Shown piece by piece: positions 1-10,700 of a stretch of 64,000 nt of DNA (positions within the stretch are counted from its first letter, which is position 1; each line of letters starts with the position of its first letter). Source of the DNA: Bacteroidota bacterium. GTDB lineage: Bacteria; Bacteroidota; Bacteroidia; Bacteroidales; ML635J-15. The position numbers and the translations under genes were made by a program. Location of the stretch: positions 10,477 through 74,476 of the forward strand of contig JAKQPY010000154.1 of NCBI GenBank assembly GCA_029564465.1, written 5' to 3'. Under the pieces are notes generated by a model, which saw only the letters and a program-made list of their open reading frames with translations, was not told the origin of the DNA and did not search any database.

Positions 1-1
1 C

Positions 2-1477
2 TTGCTTACGGCTAAAGTTAACCTGAACCATGAGAGTCGTGGAAATATTAAAATCAGCATTGGCGTAAGTAAAAATGTTAATGCAATAGAACCTGATGTT
101 GAACTCGACTTTCCAATTCTGAATTATCAGGGTGGCAATAAATACATGCTGGGAGGAACTTCCGAAGCTGACAAAACCATGGAAGTGGGTTTCGACATCA
201 CACCACTGCTCGATTATATTGACCCCGGGGTTCCATGCCGCTTTTTCGTAGTGGGTAGAGAACTCGACCCGAATAATTCTTATACAGGCTCTATTCAGGG
301 ATTTACAATCTATCGTCATCAATCCTGCCCACCCGACGAAATTTCGTGGACAGGTAATATGGCATTCAACAGCGCTGTCATCCATGCCCCGTTAACAGTT
401 ACGGTAAACTTCGACAGACCGGAAATCACCACGGAAGCATTACCGGTATTCAACGAAAATACAGCTTTCAACTATTATATGAACGGAACCGGCGGAAGTC
501 TTCCGTACACATGGCATCTCGAGGCCATTTTCGACACGACAATGAGCGCATATTCTTTCGACTATTTCGACGATATTAAACTCACTCCTGACACATATTT
601 TGATGGTGCAGTTGCCTATACTATTCCATTTGAATTTCCCTTTAACGGGAAACTTATCACAGAGATTAGAATTAGCACCGATGGATACATAATGGCAGAT
701 TCAAGCCAATATCCATGGCCATATATACATCCTTTTTTAGATGATTTTTTCAGAATGGAAAAAATTATTGGTCCACACATGCGTTACAGCTTTACAACCA
801 ATCCCGATTATAACGATGGTATATGGGTAAAAGAATTTAGCGACCATGTTAGCCTACGGTGGAATGTTTCTCAGGAATATTTGGAGCCCTGGACCGATTG
901 TAACTTTGGTGTAAATCTTTGGCAAAACGGGAAAATCGAATTCTTCTACGGCCCACAGTATTATAATAAAAGCGCCACAGGTTTGGCCGGAATTTCTTAC
1001 GGTGATAATCTGAATTACGGACTCATAGCTAAGTCGGAAATGATTGGGAGCAATAAAATAGTCGCATTCACGCAGTATCCGGTATTACCCCAGTTACAAC
1101 TTTCTTCGACCGGAATCCTCAGCGGGACCTTGTCACTCGACCAACCATACCCCGTTAGAATGGTGCTTACCGATAATAATGGCCGGTTTGTAAAAAAAGA
1201 TTTTCAATTGATAACCGGTATTGAAAAAGAAACGCAGCAAAAAATCAGGCTGTTTCCCAATCCGGCTACCGAAAACCTTAGGATTCAAATCCCAGATAAT
1301 GAGGTAATTGGCGAAATTCAACTGTTCGACATCAAAGGCAGCAGACTTCCACTTCAGGATATAATCTCCGGTTCTGATCATGCAAACATGAACATCAGTC
1401 ATCTGAGCAATGGGGTTTACACAATAAAAATAATCACTTCAGCAAACACTTACAATAAACAATTCATTAAGCAATAA
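2..1477 (+). CDS. T9SS-secreted protein, 5'-truncated by the window edge; paralog of the central part of the next ORF
   Basis: Open from the window edge. The last ~80 aa (RLFPNPATENLRIQ...GVYTIKIITSANTYNKQFIKQ) look like a type A T9SS C-terminal sorting domain. Internal segments (FPILNYQGGNKYMLGG, ITTEALPVFNE..GGSLPYTWHLE, FPFNGK..ISTDGYI) are colinear with ORF 1483..5745. Confidence 0.85.
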   Translation: MLTAKVNLNHESRGNIKISIGVSKNVNAIEPDVELDFPILNYQGGNKYMLGGTSEADKTMEVGFDITPLLDYIDPGVPCRFFVVGRELDPNNSYTGSIQGFTIYRHQSCPPDEISWTGNMAFNSAVIHAPLTVTVNFDRPEITTEALPVFNENTAFNYYMNGTGGSLPYTWHLEAIFDTTMSAYSFDYFDDIKLTPDTYFDGAVAYTIPFEFPFNGKLITEIRISTDGYIMADSSQYPWPYIHPFLDDFFRMEKIIGPHMRYSFTTNPDYNDGIWVKEFSDHVSLRWNVSQEYLEPWTDCNFGVNLWQNGKIEFFYGPQYYNKSATGLAGISYGDNLNYGLIAKSEMIGSNKIVAFTQYPVLPQLQLSSTGILSGTLSLDQPYPVRMVLTDNNGRFVKKDFQLITGIEKETQQKIRLFPNPATENLRIQIPDNEVIGEIQLFDIKGSRLPLQDIISGSDHANMNISHLSNGVYTIKIITSANTYNKQFIKQ

Positions 1478-1482
1478 CTTTT

Positions 1483-4400
1483 ATGTCGAAAAAAATTAAC
1501 CTATTGTTTGTCATGATTATAGCCGCAGGCACATTACTTGCGCAAAATCAGAATTTCGATTTGTTGCCGCTGAGCATTATGGAAAAGCAACAACTTGCTA
1601 CCTTACCCGAATTAAAACTTCCACCGCAGTATGCCAATAAGGATTTGCCACTCGAGGTTGATAACAGCAGCCTAAGTTATTATCCCGGAATTTTTCTTCA
1701 GGGTGGGCTTTGTTGCGGGCAAGCTGCTGCCATTGCGCTGGGTTTCGGATACGAGATGTGCAGGGCACGCAATCAAAGTGGCACCAATACAGCCAACAAC
1801 TTTCCCACGCACTTCACATGGAATTGGGAGAATGGTGGTTTTGGTTATTATGGGGTAAGCTATTATCATAGTCTTGAAGTGCTTCGTCTGGTGGGATGCC
1901 CCACGACCGCTATTTATGGAGGTACTTTTGATTCAGGTGGCGGCGGCAGGTGGATGACTGGCTACGATGCCTATTACAATGCAATGCAAAACCGCATAGT
2001 GAATGCCTGGTCAATAAAAACCAATACCGAAGAAGGCATACTCACATTAAAAAATTGGATAAACGACCACCTCGATGGTTCTGCAACCGGAGGTGTCGGC
2101 TTTTTCTATTCACAATACCAGAGCCCTGCAAATACTTTAGCAGCAGGAACCCCTCATGCAGGCGAAAAAGTAATCATCAGCTGGGGCGCTTCGGCAAATC
2201 ATGGAATGAACATTTGTGGTTATAGCGACGAAGTGAAATGGGATTTTAACAACGACGGACAATACACCAACAATATCGATATAACCGGTGATGGTATTGT
2301 CGATGTTCGCGACTGGGAAGTCGGAGCATTTAAAATGGCAAATACGTACAGTACTCCCTACTATGCCTGGATGATGTACCGCACACTCGCATTGGCTACA
2401 AGCTCAGGAGGTATCTGGAACAACACCGTGAATGTTCTTGAGCCCGAAGCCAGCTATCAGCCCCAGCTTACCTATAAAATCAACATGTACTATACACACC
2501 GTAAGCGCATTAAAATCCGTGCCGGTATGTCGACTGATATTATGGCGGCAGAACCCCAGTACATTATTGAATATCCCATCATTAATTATCAGGGTGGCGA
2601 TATGGGAATGCAGGGAGGAAACGAAGAAGCCCAAAAATATCTAGAATTCGGACTTGATGTCACACCATTTTTAAATTATATAAACCCTGGAAGTCAGGTG
2701 AAATTTTATTTCGAAATTATTGAAGATGACCCGGATGTTTGGGGGAATGGGCAGGTAATTTCTTATTCACTGATGGATTATATTTCGGGAACCACCGAAA
2801 CTCCATGTGCATCGAGTAATGTTGATATTGTCAATAATGGAAAGACCCAATTGACCATAGTTAAAACAATTAACTATGATGATGTTAACATCACAACCAC
2901 GGTTTTACCTGTTGCGAATGTATATCATGAGTACTCGCAGCAAATGCAGGCAAATGGAGGAACACCGCCTTATCGCTGGGAATTCGACCTGGATTATAAT
3001 GTGCAAACTTCAACTTCAACGGTTCCTTCCGACATAACCACAAGTTTCTCAGGAAGCAGTATTCAACTACCGTTTACTGTGAATTATTATGGACGTGAAT
3101 ACTCGAAGATTTATGTTTCAAACGATGGATACATCGATTTCAGCGGTGAACCTTACAGTCTTCCGTATCAGCATGAACTTATGTCAACATTTATGAACCG
3201 ACCCTGTATTGCAGCCTGCATGATGGACCTCAATGCCTCGGTGTACTATAAACTCGCAAGCGATTATGTTGCCATTCGTTGGGTAAGCAGCGGTGTTATC
3301 GAAACTGCCGTAAAAATTTACAATACAGGACAAATTGAGTTGTTCTACGGAACCTCGGGAATTCCTTATGATCAGGTATGGATTTCGGGAATTTCATCAG
3401 GCAATCAGGTTAACTACAATCTGTTCCCTTATACCAGTTCCCCCTATCTGCCTGCGAATCTGAAGTACTCTATGCAACCACAGACATTACCCGAAGAGTT
3501 TCAGCTTTCGCCGGAAGGATTGCTTACCGGATATCCAACACAGGAATTGCTGGCTTACAATCTGAATTTTAAAGTGTATGACAACAATAACCTTATTGAC
3601 CGGAAAACGATTCCGGTATCGACCGAAGGTTTGATTGTATCCACCGAGTTTCATTCTGACGATAACAACATGCTGGAATGGGGTGAAAATGCCTGGGTTA
3701 AGCTAACTTTACGAAATGCCACTTCAACTCCCATTACCAATCTTGATGTGACCATGAACAGCAGTAATAATCAGATTGTATTCACTCAGCAGGTGCAAAA
3801 CGATATTAACATTGCACCGGGTCAGGAGATTGTATTCAACACAGCCTTTACCTTCAACACCTTGTTTGATTTCGAAAATGAGCAGCTGGTTCCGTTCCAC
3901 ATTTATGCGGTTTGCGATCAAAGCAGTTGGGACATCGACCTCACCGAGACCATTTATACGGCTCTTCTTGAGAACAGCGATCAATGGGTCGACGACAACG
4001 ACAACAACCGTCTCGACATTGGTGAAACTGCCGATGTACATTTTACCATGCTCAATAGTGGCGGCTCAGAGGTTGGAGACCTTGATTTTACAATTAGCAG
4101 CAACGACCCATTTATCACCATCAATACCAATACAGCCCACGTCGATTTACTCAATTCACAGCAAAGCAGCCCGGCTGTTTTCAATATTACAGCCAGCGAT
4201 GAAGCACCTATTGGCTATCTGGCTCATTTGACAATGCAGGTTACCGGCGACCATAATTATTCGGCAACAATACCCCTCATGCTTACCATAGGGCAAATCA
4301 TCGAAGACTGGGAAACCGGAGATCTGAGTTCTTATGAATGGGAACTGGGTGGCAATGTCAATTGGTTCGTAACCGACAACAATGCCTACGACGGTGCCTA

Positions 4401-5745
4401 CTGTTTAAAATCGGGGGTTATAACTCATAATCAGACCTCTGACCTCACCATTGCCCTCGAAGTAATTGCGTCCGGACAGATTTCGTTCTACCGCGCTGTG
4501 TCATGCGAAAACGATGCGAATAACAACTGGGATTACCTTGCTTTTAGTATCGATGGCAACGAAATGGGACGCTGGGACGGCGAATTGGATTGGGAAGAGG
4601 TGAGCTATCCGGTGGCTGCCGGAGTTCACATCTTCAAGTGGCAGTACCGAAAAGACGGATCTGTCAATTCATTTCAGGATTGTGCCTGGATTGATAATAT
4701 CGTATTCCCGTCAATTTTTGACGCTCCTCCCCTGCTGGTCATCAGCCACGATAGCATCGTGAAACATATGAATCATGATGAGACTGATATCGATACCATT
4801 TTTATCATGAATAATGGTGGCGGTATTCTAGATTATTCATTAGAGGTTCTGAATGTAATACCGGGTACAAGTTCGCCACGCAGCATTGCAGGAAGTACTG
4901 TTAGCTGCAATGCCAACTCATTTATCACCGGCGATCAGGTTTCATGGAATTTCTCAATTTTTAACGCATCAACCGACAATGAATGGATTAAACAGATTTA
5001 TTTTGACTTTCCTTCAGGTTTCGAGGTAACTTCGAGCACCGATATCACCTGTCCGAATGGAATTATGACTACTTCGGGAACTACCGGCAATGGTGTAATT
5101 ATCAGTTGGTTCGGTGAAGATGGCGACGGTTGGGGAATACTTCACAACAACACCACTGGAACAATGACAATCGAAGGTAATATTTCCGAAGATTTTCAGG
5201 GCGATATGGATATCGAATATCAACTTATGGGCGAAGGATATGGCAGCGAACCTCATACGATAAACGGAGCGGTGTCGCTGGTGAATCTGGGTCCCCCAAT
5301 CGATTGGTTTGCTGCCGACCCCCTGAATGGTCAGGTTATTATCGGCGAAATCGATACCATTCTTGTAAGCTTCGATACGCAAGGCATGGAGATGGGTATC
5401 TACGAATGCATGCTCAAAATATATTCTGAAGTCGACACGGTATCGCTCCCCGTAAAACTCTATGTTGATATGGGTGTTGATGTGCCGGTTGTTGATGCAG
5501 CTAATTCTATCAATGTATTTCCAAACCCGTCGGCAGACCGGTTCTATATCGAAGCCGGTAATTCAAACGAACCTGTTTCAATCGAAATCAGTGATATAAT
5601 GGGTCGGAAACTATGGCAATCGAATGATTTGGGGGGTGTTCAGATGGTTTGGGTTCCCGATGAAGGCATTCAGTCAGGGGTTTATATGCTGACAATTCAC
5701 ACAGAAGGAAAAACAATTACCAAAAAATTATTTTACAACCGGTAA
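1483..5745 (+). CDS. Large T9SS-secreted protein with a possible N-terminal papain-fold cysteine-peptidase domain
   Basis: Signal peptide MSKKINLLFVMIIAAGTLLAQ. Cys/His motifs QGGLCCGQAAA and SANHGMNICGYSD resemble papain-fold catalytic sites (tentative). C-terminus VFPNPSADRFYIE...GVYMLTIHTEGKTITKKLFYNR is a type A T9SS sorting domain. Confidence 0.85.
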   Translation: MSKKINLLFVMIIAAGTLLAQNQNFDLLPLSIMEKQQLATLPELKLPPQYANKDLPLEVDNSSLSYYPGIFLQGGLCCGQAAAIALGFGYEMCRARNQSGTNTANNFPTHFTWNWENGGFGYYGVSYYHSLEVLRLVGCPTTAIYGGTFDSGGGGRWMTGYDAYYNAMQNRIVNAWSIKTNTEEGILTLKNWINDHLDGSATGGVGFFYSQYQSPANTLAAGTPHAGEKVIISWGASANHGMNICGYSDEVKWDFNNDGQYTNNIDITGDGIVDVRDWEVGAFKMANTYSTPYYAWMMYRTLALATSSGGIWNNTVNVLEPEASYQPQLTYKINMYYTHRKRIKIRAGMSTDIMAAEPQYIIEYPIINYQGGDMGMQGGNEEAQKYLEFGLDVTPFLNYINPGSQVKFYFEIIEDDPDVWGNGQVISYSLMDYISGTTETPCASSNVDIVNNGKTQLTIVKTINYDDVNITTTVLPVANVYHEYSQQMQANGGTPPYRWEFDLDYNVQTSTSTVPSDITTSFSGSSIQLPFTVNYYGREYSKIYVSNDGYIDFSGEPYSLPYQHELMSTFMNRPCIAACMMDLNASVYYKLASDYVAIRWVSSGVIETAVKIYNTGQIELFYGTSGIPYDQVWISGISSGNQVNYNLFPYTSSPYLPANLKYSMQPQTLPEEFQLSPEGLLTGYPTQELLAYNLNFKVYDNNNLIDRKTIPVSTEGLIVSTEFHSDDNNMLEWGENAWVKLTLRNATSTPITNLDVTMNSSNNQIVFTQQVQNDINIAPGQEIVFNTAFTFNTLFDFENEQLVPFHIYAVCDQSSWDIDLTETIYTALLENSDQWVDDNDNNRLDIGETADVHFTMLNSGGSEVGDLDFTISSNDPFITINTNTAHVDLLNSQQSSPAVFNITASDEAPIGYLAHLTMQVTGDHNYSATIPLMLTIGQIIEDWETGDLSSYEWELGGNVNWFVTDNNAYDGAYCLKSGVITHNQTSDLTIALEVIASGQISFYRAVSCENDANNNWDYLAFSIDGNEMGRWDGELDWEEVSYPVAAGVHIFKWQYRKDGSVNSFQDCAWIDNIVFPSIFDAPPLLVISHDSIVKHMNHDETDIDTIFIMNNGGGILDYSLEVLNVIPGTSSPRSIAGSTVSCNANSFITGDQVSWNFSIFNASTDNEWIKQIYFDFPSGFEVTSSTDITCPNGIMTTSGTTGNGVIISWFGEDGDGWGILHNNTTGTMTIEGNISEDFQGDMDIEYQLMGEGYGSEPHTINGAVSLVNLGPPIDWFAADPLNGQVIIGEIDTILVSFDTQGMEMGIYECMLKIYSEVDTVSLPVKLYVDMGVDVPVVDAANSINVFPNPSADRFYIEAGNSNEPVSIEISDIMGRKLWQSNDLGGVQMVWVPDEGIQSGVYMLTIHTEGKTITKKLFYNR

Positions 5746-5823
5746 TATTTTCAGTCTGTTTTTAATTTGATAGGAACAAAATTCAACTTGTTATAATTGT
5801 TGAATTCAGGATTGATTTTAGTC

Positions 5824-5831
5824 TATTTTTG
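5824..5831 (+). promoter_or_regulatory. Candidate Bacteroidota -7 promoter box (TATTTTTG, fits TAnnTTTG) for the M43 peptidase gene
   Basis: Motif match 17 nt upstream of ATG 5848; no other support. Confidence 0.3.
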
Positions 5832-5847
5832 CAGATATTTTAACACA

Positions 5848-7920
5848 ATGAGAAAACTATCGTTAGCATTGATTTTGATTATCGGATGGCAGTTTTTGAA
5901 CGCGCAGGAGCAGACCTGGCGTTGTGCCACCCCTGAAATGAACCGAATTGAACTGGAAAAAAATCCACAGGCCCGTGCAGACCGTGAAGCCCTTCAGCGT
6001 TTTGTTGATGATTTTATTCGCCAGAATCCTAAAGACGATCAGGTATATGTGATTCCTGTTGTTTTTCATGTAGTTCACTATTACGGTCCCGAAAACATTT
6101 CGAAGGAACAAATAGAAGATCAGATCCGTATTCTGAATAACGATTTCAGGAAACAGAACTCCGATACCGTTAACATTATCGCACCTTTTAAAAATCTGGC
6201 TACCGACAGCCATATCGAGTTCAGGCTTGCCAAGCTTGATCCGAATGGAAATTGCACTGATGGTATAACCCGTACTGTTTCGTACGAAACCTACAACGGC
6301 AGCGAAGAAATTAAAGAAATCGCACCATCGTGGCCGAGGTCAAAATACTTGAACGTTTGGGTTGTAAACCGCATTCCGGGAGGAGTTGCAGGCTATGCAT
6401 ACTATCCGGGTACAGCGCCTGATGGTCGTGATGGCATTTTGATTGACCATGCATATATTGGTTCGATAGGAGCCGGTGACATTGGCCGGTCGCGTACGCT
6501 GACACACGAAATTGGTCACTATTTGAATCTGGCTCACCCTTGGGGGAGCACCAACGAGCCCGGGCTTCCCGAAAACTGTGATATTGACGATGGCATCGAA
6601 GACACACCCAACACCATTGGACACACAACGTGCAACCTGTGGGCTGTAACCTGCGGGTCACTCGATAATGTGCAGAATTACATGGAATATTCCTATTGCG
6701 GGAATATGTTTACCCACGGTCAGGGAGCCGTGATGCGCGCTACATTGAATTCAAGTGTCTCACAACGCAACAATCTCTGGTCGGAAGCCAACCTGATTGC
6801 TACCGGAGTTTTCGACCCCGAAGCCATAGCTATATGTGATCCTATTGCTGATTGGGGACAAAGTCAGAAAATCGTGTGCACTGATACCGAAATTCAATAT
6901 TACGATTTGACTTATAATACCGACTCAATCGCTGACTGGCAATGGCAGTTCGAGGGAGGAATTCCAGAGGTTTCGGAGGAACAAAACGTAACTGTTGTTT
7001 ACGAAAACCCCGGTAAATTCGACACCCAGCTTACAGTATCCAATCCCACCGGTACCGACACAAAACTACGCGAAAACACTACGGCAGTATATAGCCATGA
7101 AGATGCTTTTGATCTTCCGTACTCCTATGGATTTGAGGATGCCGCATTCCCGGCTGTCAGCGGCTCCGATTTTAACGATTTCACCATTGTATCGCAGGGA
7201 AGCGCATTCTGGACACGCAATTCATCGGGCGCAGCCACAGGAAGCTGGTCCATTCGTATCAAAAACCTGAATAACGAAGAAAATATCAGCAATTCATTTT
7301 ACACACCTTTGCTGGCTATCGACACCAATAGTTTCCCGATTACTGTAAATTTCAAAACAGCCTATGCAAAAGCGAGCAACACAACCAACGACATTTTCAG
7401 GGTGTACTATTCGCTTGATTGCGGAAAATCATGGGTAATCAGATTCTATAAATCAGGGAATTCATTGAAAACCACGGATGATTACTATCCTTCAGGCACA
7501 TTTATTCCAAATCAGAATCAGTGGCGCACCGACAGTTTCCAGATTAACCGACCGGCAAACTTTACCTGTGGCTCAGTCAGAATCAGGTTCGAAACCCTGA
7601 ATAAAGGCGGGAATTGCTTATATGTCGACGATATCGAAGTGAATGCAACTTCATCGGCATCACACCTGGGCGTGCTGAGAAACAACAATTTGCAGGTATT
7701 TCCCAATCCCTTCGGAGATGAGTTGTTTATTACCGGAACAGGCAGCGAAAATTATTCTGTAACCGTATGTGATATCACCGGCAGAAAAATCGCCTGTCGT
7801 GAATATTACTCAAGTGGGGTGAATATTGCCGGCTTATTCGAAGGAACCCTGGCCGGAACCTATATACTTCACATTGAAACCACTGATGGTGTTTATATAC
7901 GAAGAATAAACCGTCGATAG
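5848..7920 (+). CDS. M43-family (cytophagalysin/pappalysin-like) zinc metallopeptidase, T9SS-secreted
   Basis: Zinc motif HEIGHYLNLAHPWG (HExxHxxxxxH). Signal peptide MRKLSLALILIIGWQFLNAQ starts at internal ATG 5848 (the track ORF starts at 5797). C-terminus LQVFPNPFGDELFI...GTYILHIETTDGVYIRRINRR is a T9SS type A sorting domain. Confidence 0.9.
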   Translation: MRKLSLALILIIGWQFLNAQEQTWRCATPEMNRIELEKNPQARADREALQRFVDDFIRQNPKDDQVYVIPVVFHVVHYYGPENISKEQIEDQIRILNNDFRKQNSDTVNIIAPFKNLATDSHIEFRLAKLDPNGNCTDGITRTVSYETYNGSEEIKEIAPSWPRSKYLNVWVVNRIPGGVAGYAYYPGTAPDGRDGILIDHAYIGSIGAGDIGRSRTLTHEIGHYLNLAHPWGSTNEPGLPENCDIDDGIEDTPNTIGHTTCNLWAVTCGSLDNVQNYMEYSYCGNMFTHGQGAVMRATLNSSVSQRNNLWSEANLIATGVFDPEAIAICDPIADWGQSQKIVCTDTEIQYYDLTYNTDSIADWQWQFEGGIPEVSEEQNVTVVYENPGKFDTQLTVSNPTGTDTKLRENTTAVYSHEDAFDLPYSYGFEDAAFPAVSGSDFNDFTIVSQGSAFWTRNSSGAATGSWSIRIKNLNNEENISNSFYTPLLAIDTNSFPITVNFKTAYAKASNTTNDIFRVYYSLDCGKSWVIRFYKSGNSLKTTDDYYPSGTFIPNQNQWRTDSFQINRPANFTCGSVRIRFETLNKGGNCLYVDDIEVNATSSASHLGVLRNNNLQVFPNPFGDELFITGTGSENYSVTVCDITGRKIACREYYSSGVNIAGLFEGTLAGTYILHIETTDGVYIRRINRR

Positions 7921-7921
7921 G

Positions 7922-8872
7922 TTACAAACAGCGCAGAAAAGCTTTAATATTGCCTTCGATGCGCTTTTCGATATCTTCGCAGGGCTCAGCTACAAATTTG
8001 TCGCCGGTAATTCTCTCAAACAATTCGATATAGCGTTGCGAGATTTCCATCACTTTTTCATCGGTCATTTCGGGAACTGTTTCGCCGGGCTTACCCATAA
8101 AATTATTGGAAATAAGCCATTCACGAACAAATTCTTTTGATAATTGACGCTGCGATTCACCCTTGTCGAAACGCTCCTGATAACTGTCTTTATAGAAATA
8201 TCGTGATGAATCGGGGGTATGAATCTCGTCAATCAGATAAATTTTACCATCGCACTTACCAAATTCATATTTGGTATCAACCAGGATAAGACCCTGCTTT
8301 TCAGCAATTTCGGATCCCCTTTGGAACAGGCGGTAGGTATAATCTTCGAGCATCGCATAATCTTCGGCTGACACCATTCCCGATTCAATAATTCTTTCTT
8401 TCGAGATATTCTCGTCATGGAAACCCTGATCGGCTTTGGTGGTGGGGGTAATAATCGGCTTTTCGAAGGCCTGATGTTCCTTCATTCCATCAGGTATGGG
8501 AACGCCGCAGATTTCGCGGGCACCATTTTTATAATCGCGCCAGCTGCTGCCGGTGAGATATCCCCTGATAATCATTTCAACCGGGAACGCATCACAACGA
8601 TATCCGGCCATTACCATCGGGTCGGGTGTCGAAATGCGCCAGTTAGGCACAATATCAGCAGTTGCCTGGAGAAATTTATCGGCTATCTGATTGAGAACCT
8701 GTCCCTTATAGGGTATTCCCCTGGGCAAAACCACGTCGAATGCCGAAATTCTATCGGTTACAACCATCACCAGAAAGTCTTTCCCAATGGTGTACACGTC
8801 TCTTACCTTTCCTTTGTAAACATGGGTTTGTCTTTGAAAAGAAAAATTGGTCTTCGTTAATGCCTGATTCAT
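7922..8872 (-). CDS. purC: Phosphoribosylaminoimidazole-succinocarboxamide (SAICAR) synthase
   Basis: 316 aa, long-form PurC. Recognisable segments [42 protein letters not shown]. Confidence 0.9.
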   Translation of the reverse strand: MNQALTKTNFSFQRQTHVYKGKVRDVYTIGKDFLVMVVTDRISAFDVVLPRGIPYKGQVLNQIADKFLQATADIVPNWRISTPDPMVMAGYRCDAFPVEMIIRGYLTGSSWRDYKNGAREICGVPIPDGMKEHQAFEKPIITPTTKADQGFHDENISKERIIESGMVSAEDYAMLEDYTYRLFQRGSEIAEKQGLILVDTKYEFGKCDGKIYLIDEIHTPDSSRYFYKDSYQERFDKGESQRQLSKEFVREWLISNNFMGKPGETVPEMTDEKVMEISQRYIELFERITGDKFVAEPCEDIEKRIEGNIKAFLRCL

Positions 8873-8891
8873 AATTATTGTTTTGGTTTAG

Positions 8892-9839
8892 TTAATTTTC
8901 GTTTTCGTAAGCCCGAATAATTGAGGTTACCAGTTTATGGCGAATCACATCATCGGCATCAAAATAAATAAAGCTGATGCCCTCGATATCTCGCAGTATT
9001 TCGGCAGCTTTCAGCAGGCCTGACTGTCGTTTGTCGGGCAGGTCAATCTGGGTAGCATCGCCGGTAATAATAAATTTCGAAAACTCACCCATACGTGTCA
9101 GGAACATTTTCATCTGACTGTAGGTAGCATTCTGCGCTTCATCAAGAATAACAAAAGCATTGCTGAGTGTACGACCCCGCATAAAACCCAGAGGAGCAAT
9201 CTGAATAACTTTATCCTCAATCATCTGTTCCAGCTTACGCGATGGAATCATGTCCATCAGAGCGTCGTAAAGTGGTTGCAGATAGGGGTCCAGTTTTTCG
9301 CGCAAATCGCCGGGAAGAAAACCGAGTGTTTCTCCGGCTTCCACTGCAGGACGGCTCAGGATGATACGTTTCACCTGATGTTCCTTCAGGGCTTTCACAG
9401 CAAGAGCAATGGCTGTGTAGGTTTTACCTGTTCCTGCCGGACCAATGGCAAACATCATATCGTTGCTTTCGGCGGCATCAACCAGTGCCTTTTGGTTTTT
9501 GGTACGGGCTTTAACCGGCTTTCCTGTTGTACTATAAAGCAAAATACCTTTCTCACGTTCTTCGGTCAACTGACTTGCAGTTCCATTTAAAATTGCACTT
9601 AAATCATCAGTGCTCAACCGGTTATATTTATGCATATGCAAAAATACCTGTTGAATTTTTTCCTCGAAACGCTTAACTTCCTCTTCATCGCCCGAAACTT
9701 TCACCAAATCTCCCCTGAAAACAAGCTTGAGCTTGGCAAACCAACGTTGCAGGGTATATAAGTTCTCATCCTTAAGTCCATAGAGTTGCGACAAATCAGC
9801 CACTTCGAGTACCATAGTTTTTTCAATCATAAAACCCAC
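8892..9839 (-). CDS. phoH: PhoH-like ATPase
   Basis: Walker A GPAGTGKTYTAIA and Walker B-like FVILDEAQN, with the typical PhoH C-terminal segment ITGDATQIDLP. Confidence 0.9.
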   Translation of the reverse strand: MGFMIEKTMVLEVADLSQLYGLKDENLYTLQRWFAKLKLVFRGDLVKVSGDEEEVKRFEEKIQQVFLHMHKYNRLSTDDLSAILNGTASQLTEEREKGILLYSTTGKPVKARTKNQKALVDAAESNDMMFAIGPAGTGKTYTAIALAVKALKEHQVKRIILSRPAVEAGETLGFLPGDLREKLDPYLQPLYDALMDMIPSRKLEQMIEDKVIQIAPLGFMRGRTLSNAFVILDEAQNATYSQMKMFLTRMGEFSKFIITGDATQIDLPDKRQSGLLKAAEILRDIEGISFIYFDADDVIRHKLVTSIIRAYENEN

Positions 9840-9922
9840 CCCATGCTTGTATTAAATAATATTAAATATGTAAATTTACCTTTTTAAACACTGGTTACAA
9901 CCTACAGCAAAAATAGTAAAAT

Positions 9923-10699
9923 ATGCAAGCATTGGTAAGTATAATTTCTGATTGGAAAAATCACGATTACTATTTGCCATTACTGAAAGCATCTGTAATG
10001 CATTTGGTACCTGATGTGAAGTTTTTTGATGTAACCCACAACATTCCCGCATTCAGCTACCAACGGGCCGGATTTATTCTGCGCTGCACCTATAAATCGC
10101 TTCCTGCCGGCAGCATACATCTTGTTTGCGTGAACACAGAAGCTGGTCCTGATAACCCATATGTGGTTATCAGGCACAAAAGTCATTATTTCGTAGGCAC
10201 CGATAATGGCGTTTTTGGAGTGATATTCGACAGGGCTCCCGAAACAATAATTCATGTATTCCCGGACGAGATAGATTTTCCAAGCTTTCCCTGTGTATCG
10301 GTATACTCAAAAATTGCAGGCTTCATTTTGCAGGGTGGGAGAATCGAGGAATTAGGAACTGCTGCAAGTGATGTTCATCGGAAAACAGGGCTAAGTCCTT
10401 CGATAGAACCTGGCACAATTACAGGGCATATTATGTATGTGGATTCTTATAATAACGGCATAACCAATATCAGCCGTGAACTATTTGACAAACACATTGG
10501 TTCAAAAGATTTTAATATTTTTGTGAACAGTAATTTTAATAAAGTTTCACGGATTTACACAGCGTACAATCAGGTGGCATCAGGCGAATTGGTGGTACTG
10601 TTCAATTCGATGGGGCTGCTCGAAATAGCAGTAAGAGACGACGATGCAGCCTCGTTGCTCAATCTTGATAAAAAAGCCCTGATAACCATAAAATTCTGA
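9923..10699 (+). CDS. SAM hydrolase / SAM-dependent halogenase family protein (DUF62)
   Basis: N-terminal pattern ISDW..DYYLPLLKASV...DVTHNIPAF...HLVCVN...YFVGTDNGVF is colinear with the DUF62 fold signature. Length ~260 aa is typical. Confidence 0.7.
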   Translation: MQALVSIISDWKNHDYYLPLLKASVMHLVPDVKFFDVTHNIPAFSYQRAGFILRCTYKSLPAGSIHLVCVNTEAGPDNPYVVIRHKSHYFVGTDNGVFGVIFDRAPETIIHVFPDEIDFPSFPCVSVYSKIAGFILQGGRIEELGTAASDVHRKTGLSPSIEPGTITGHIMYVDSYNNGITNISRELFDKHIGSKDFNIFVNSNFNKVSRIYTAYNQVASGELVVLFNSMGLLEIAVRDDDAASLLNLDKKALITIKF

Positions 10700-10700
10700 A

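Noticed and set aside
7920-7922. Convergent stop codons 1-2 nt apart (7920/7922) as a sign of a gene fusion or a sequencing error.
   Set aside because: Both ORFs end with complete, family-typical C-termini, so this is simply tight convergent packing. The similar 33872/33875 case is discussed under findings.
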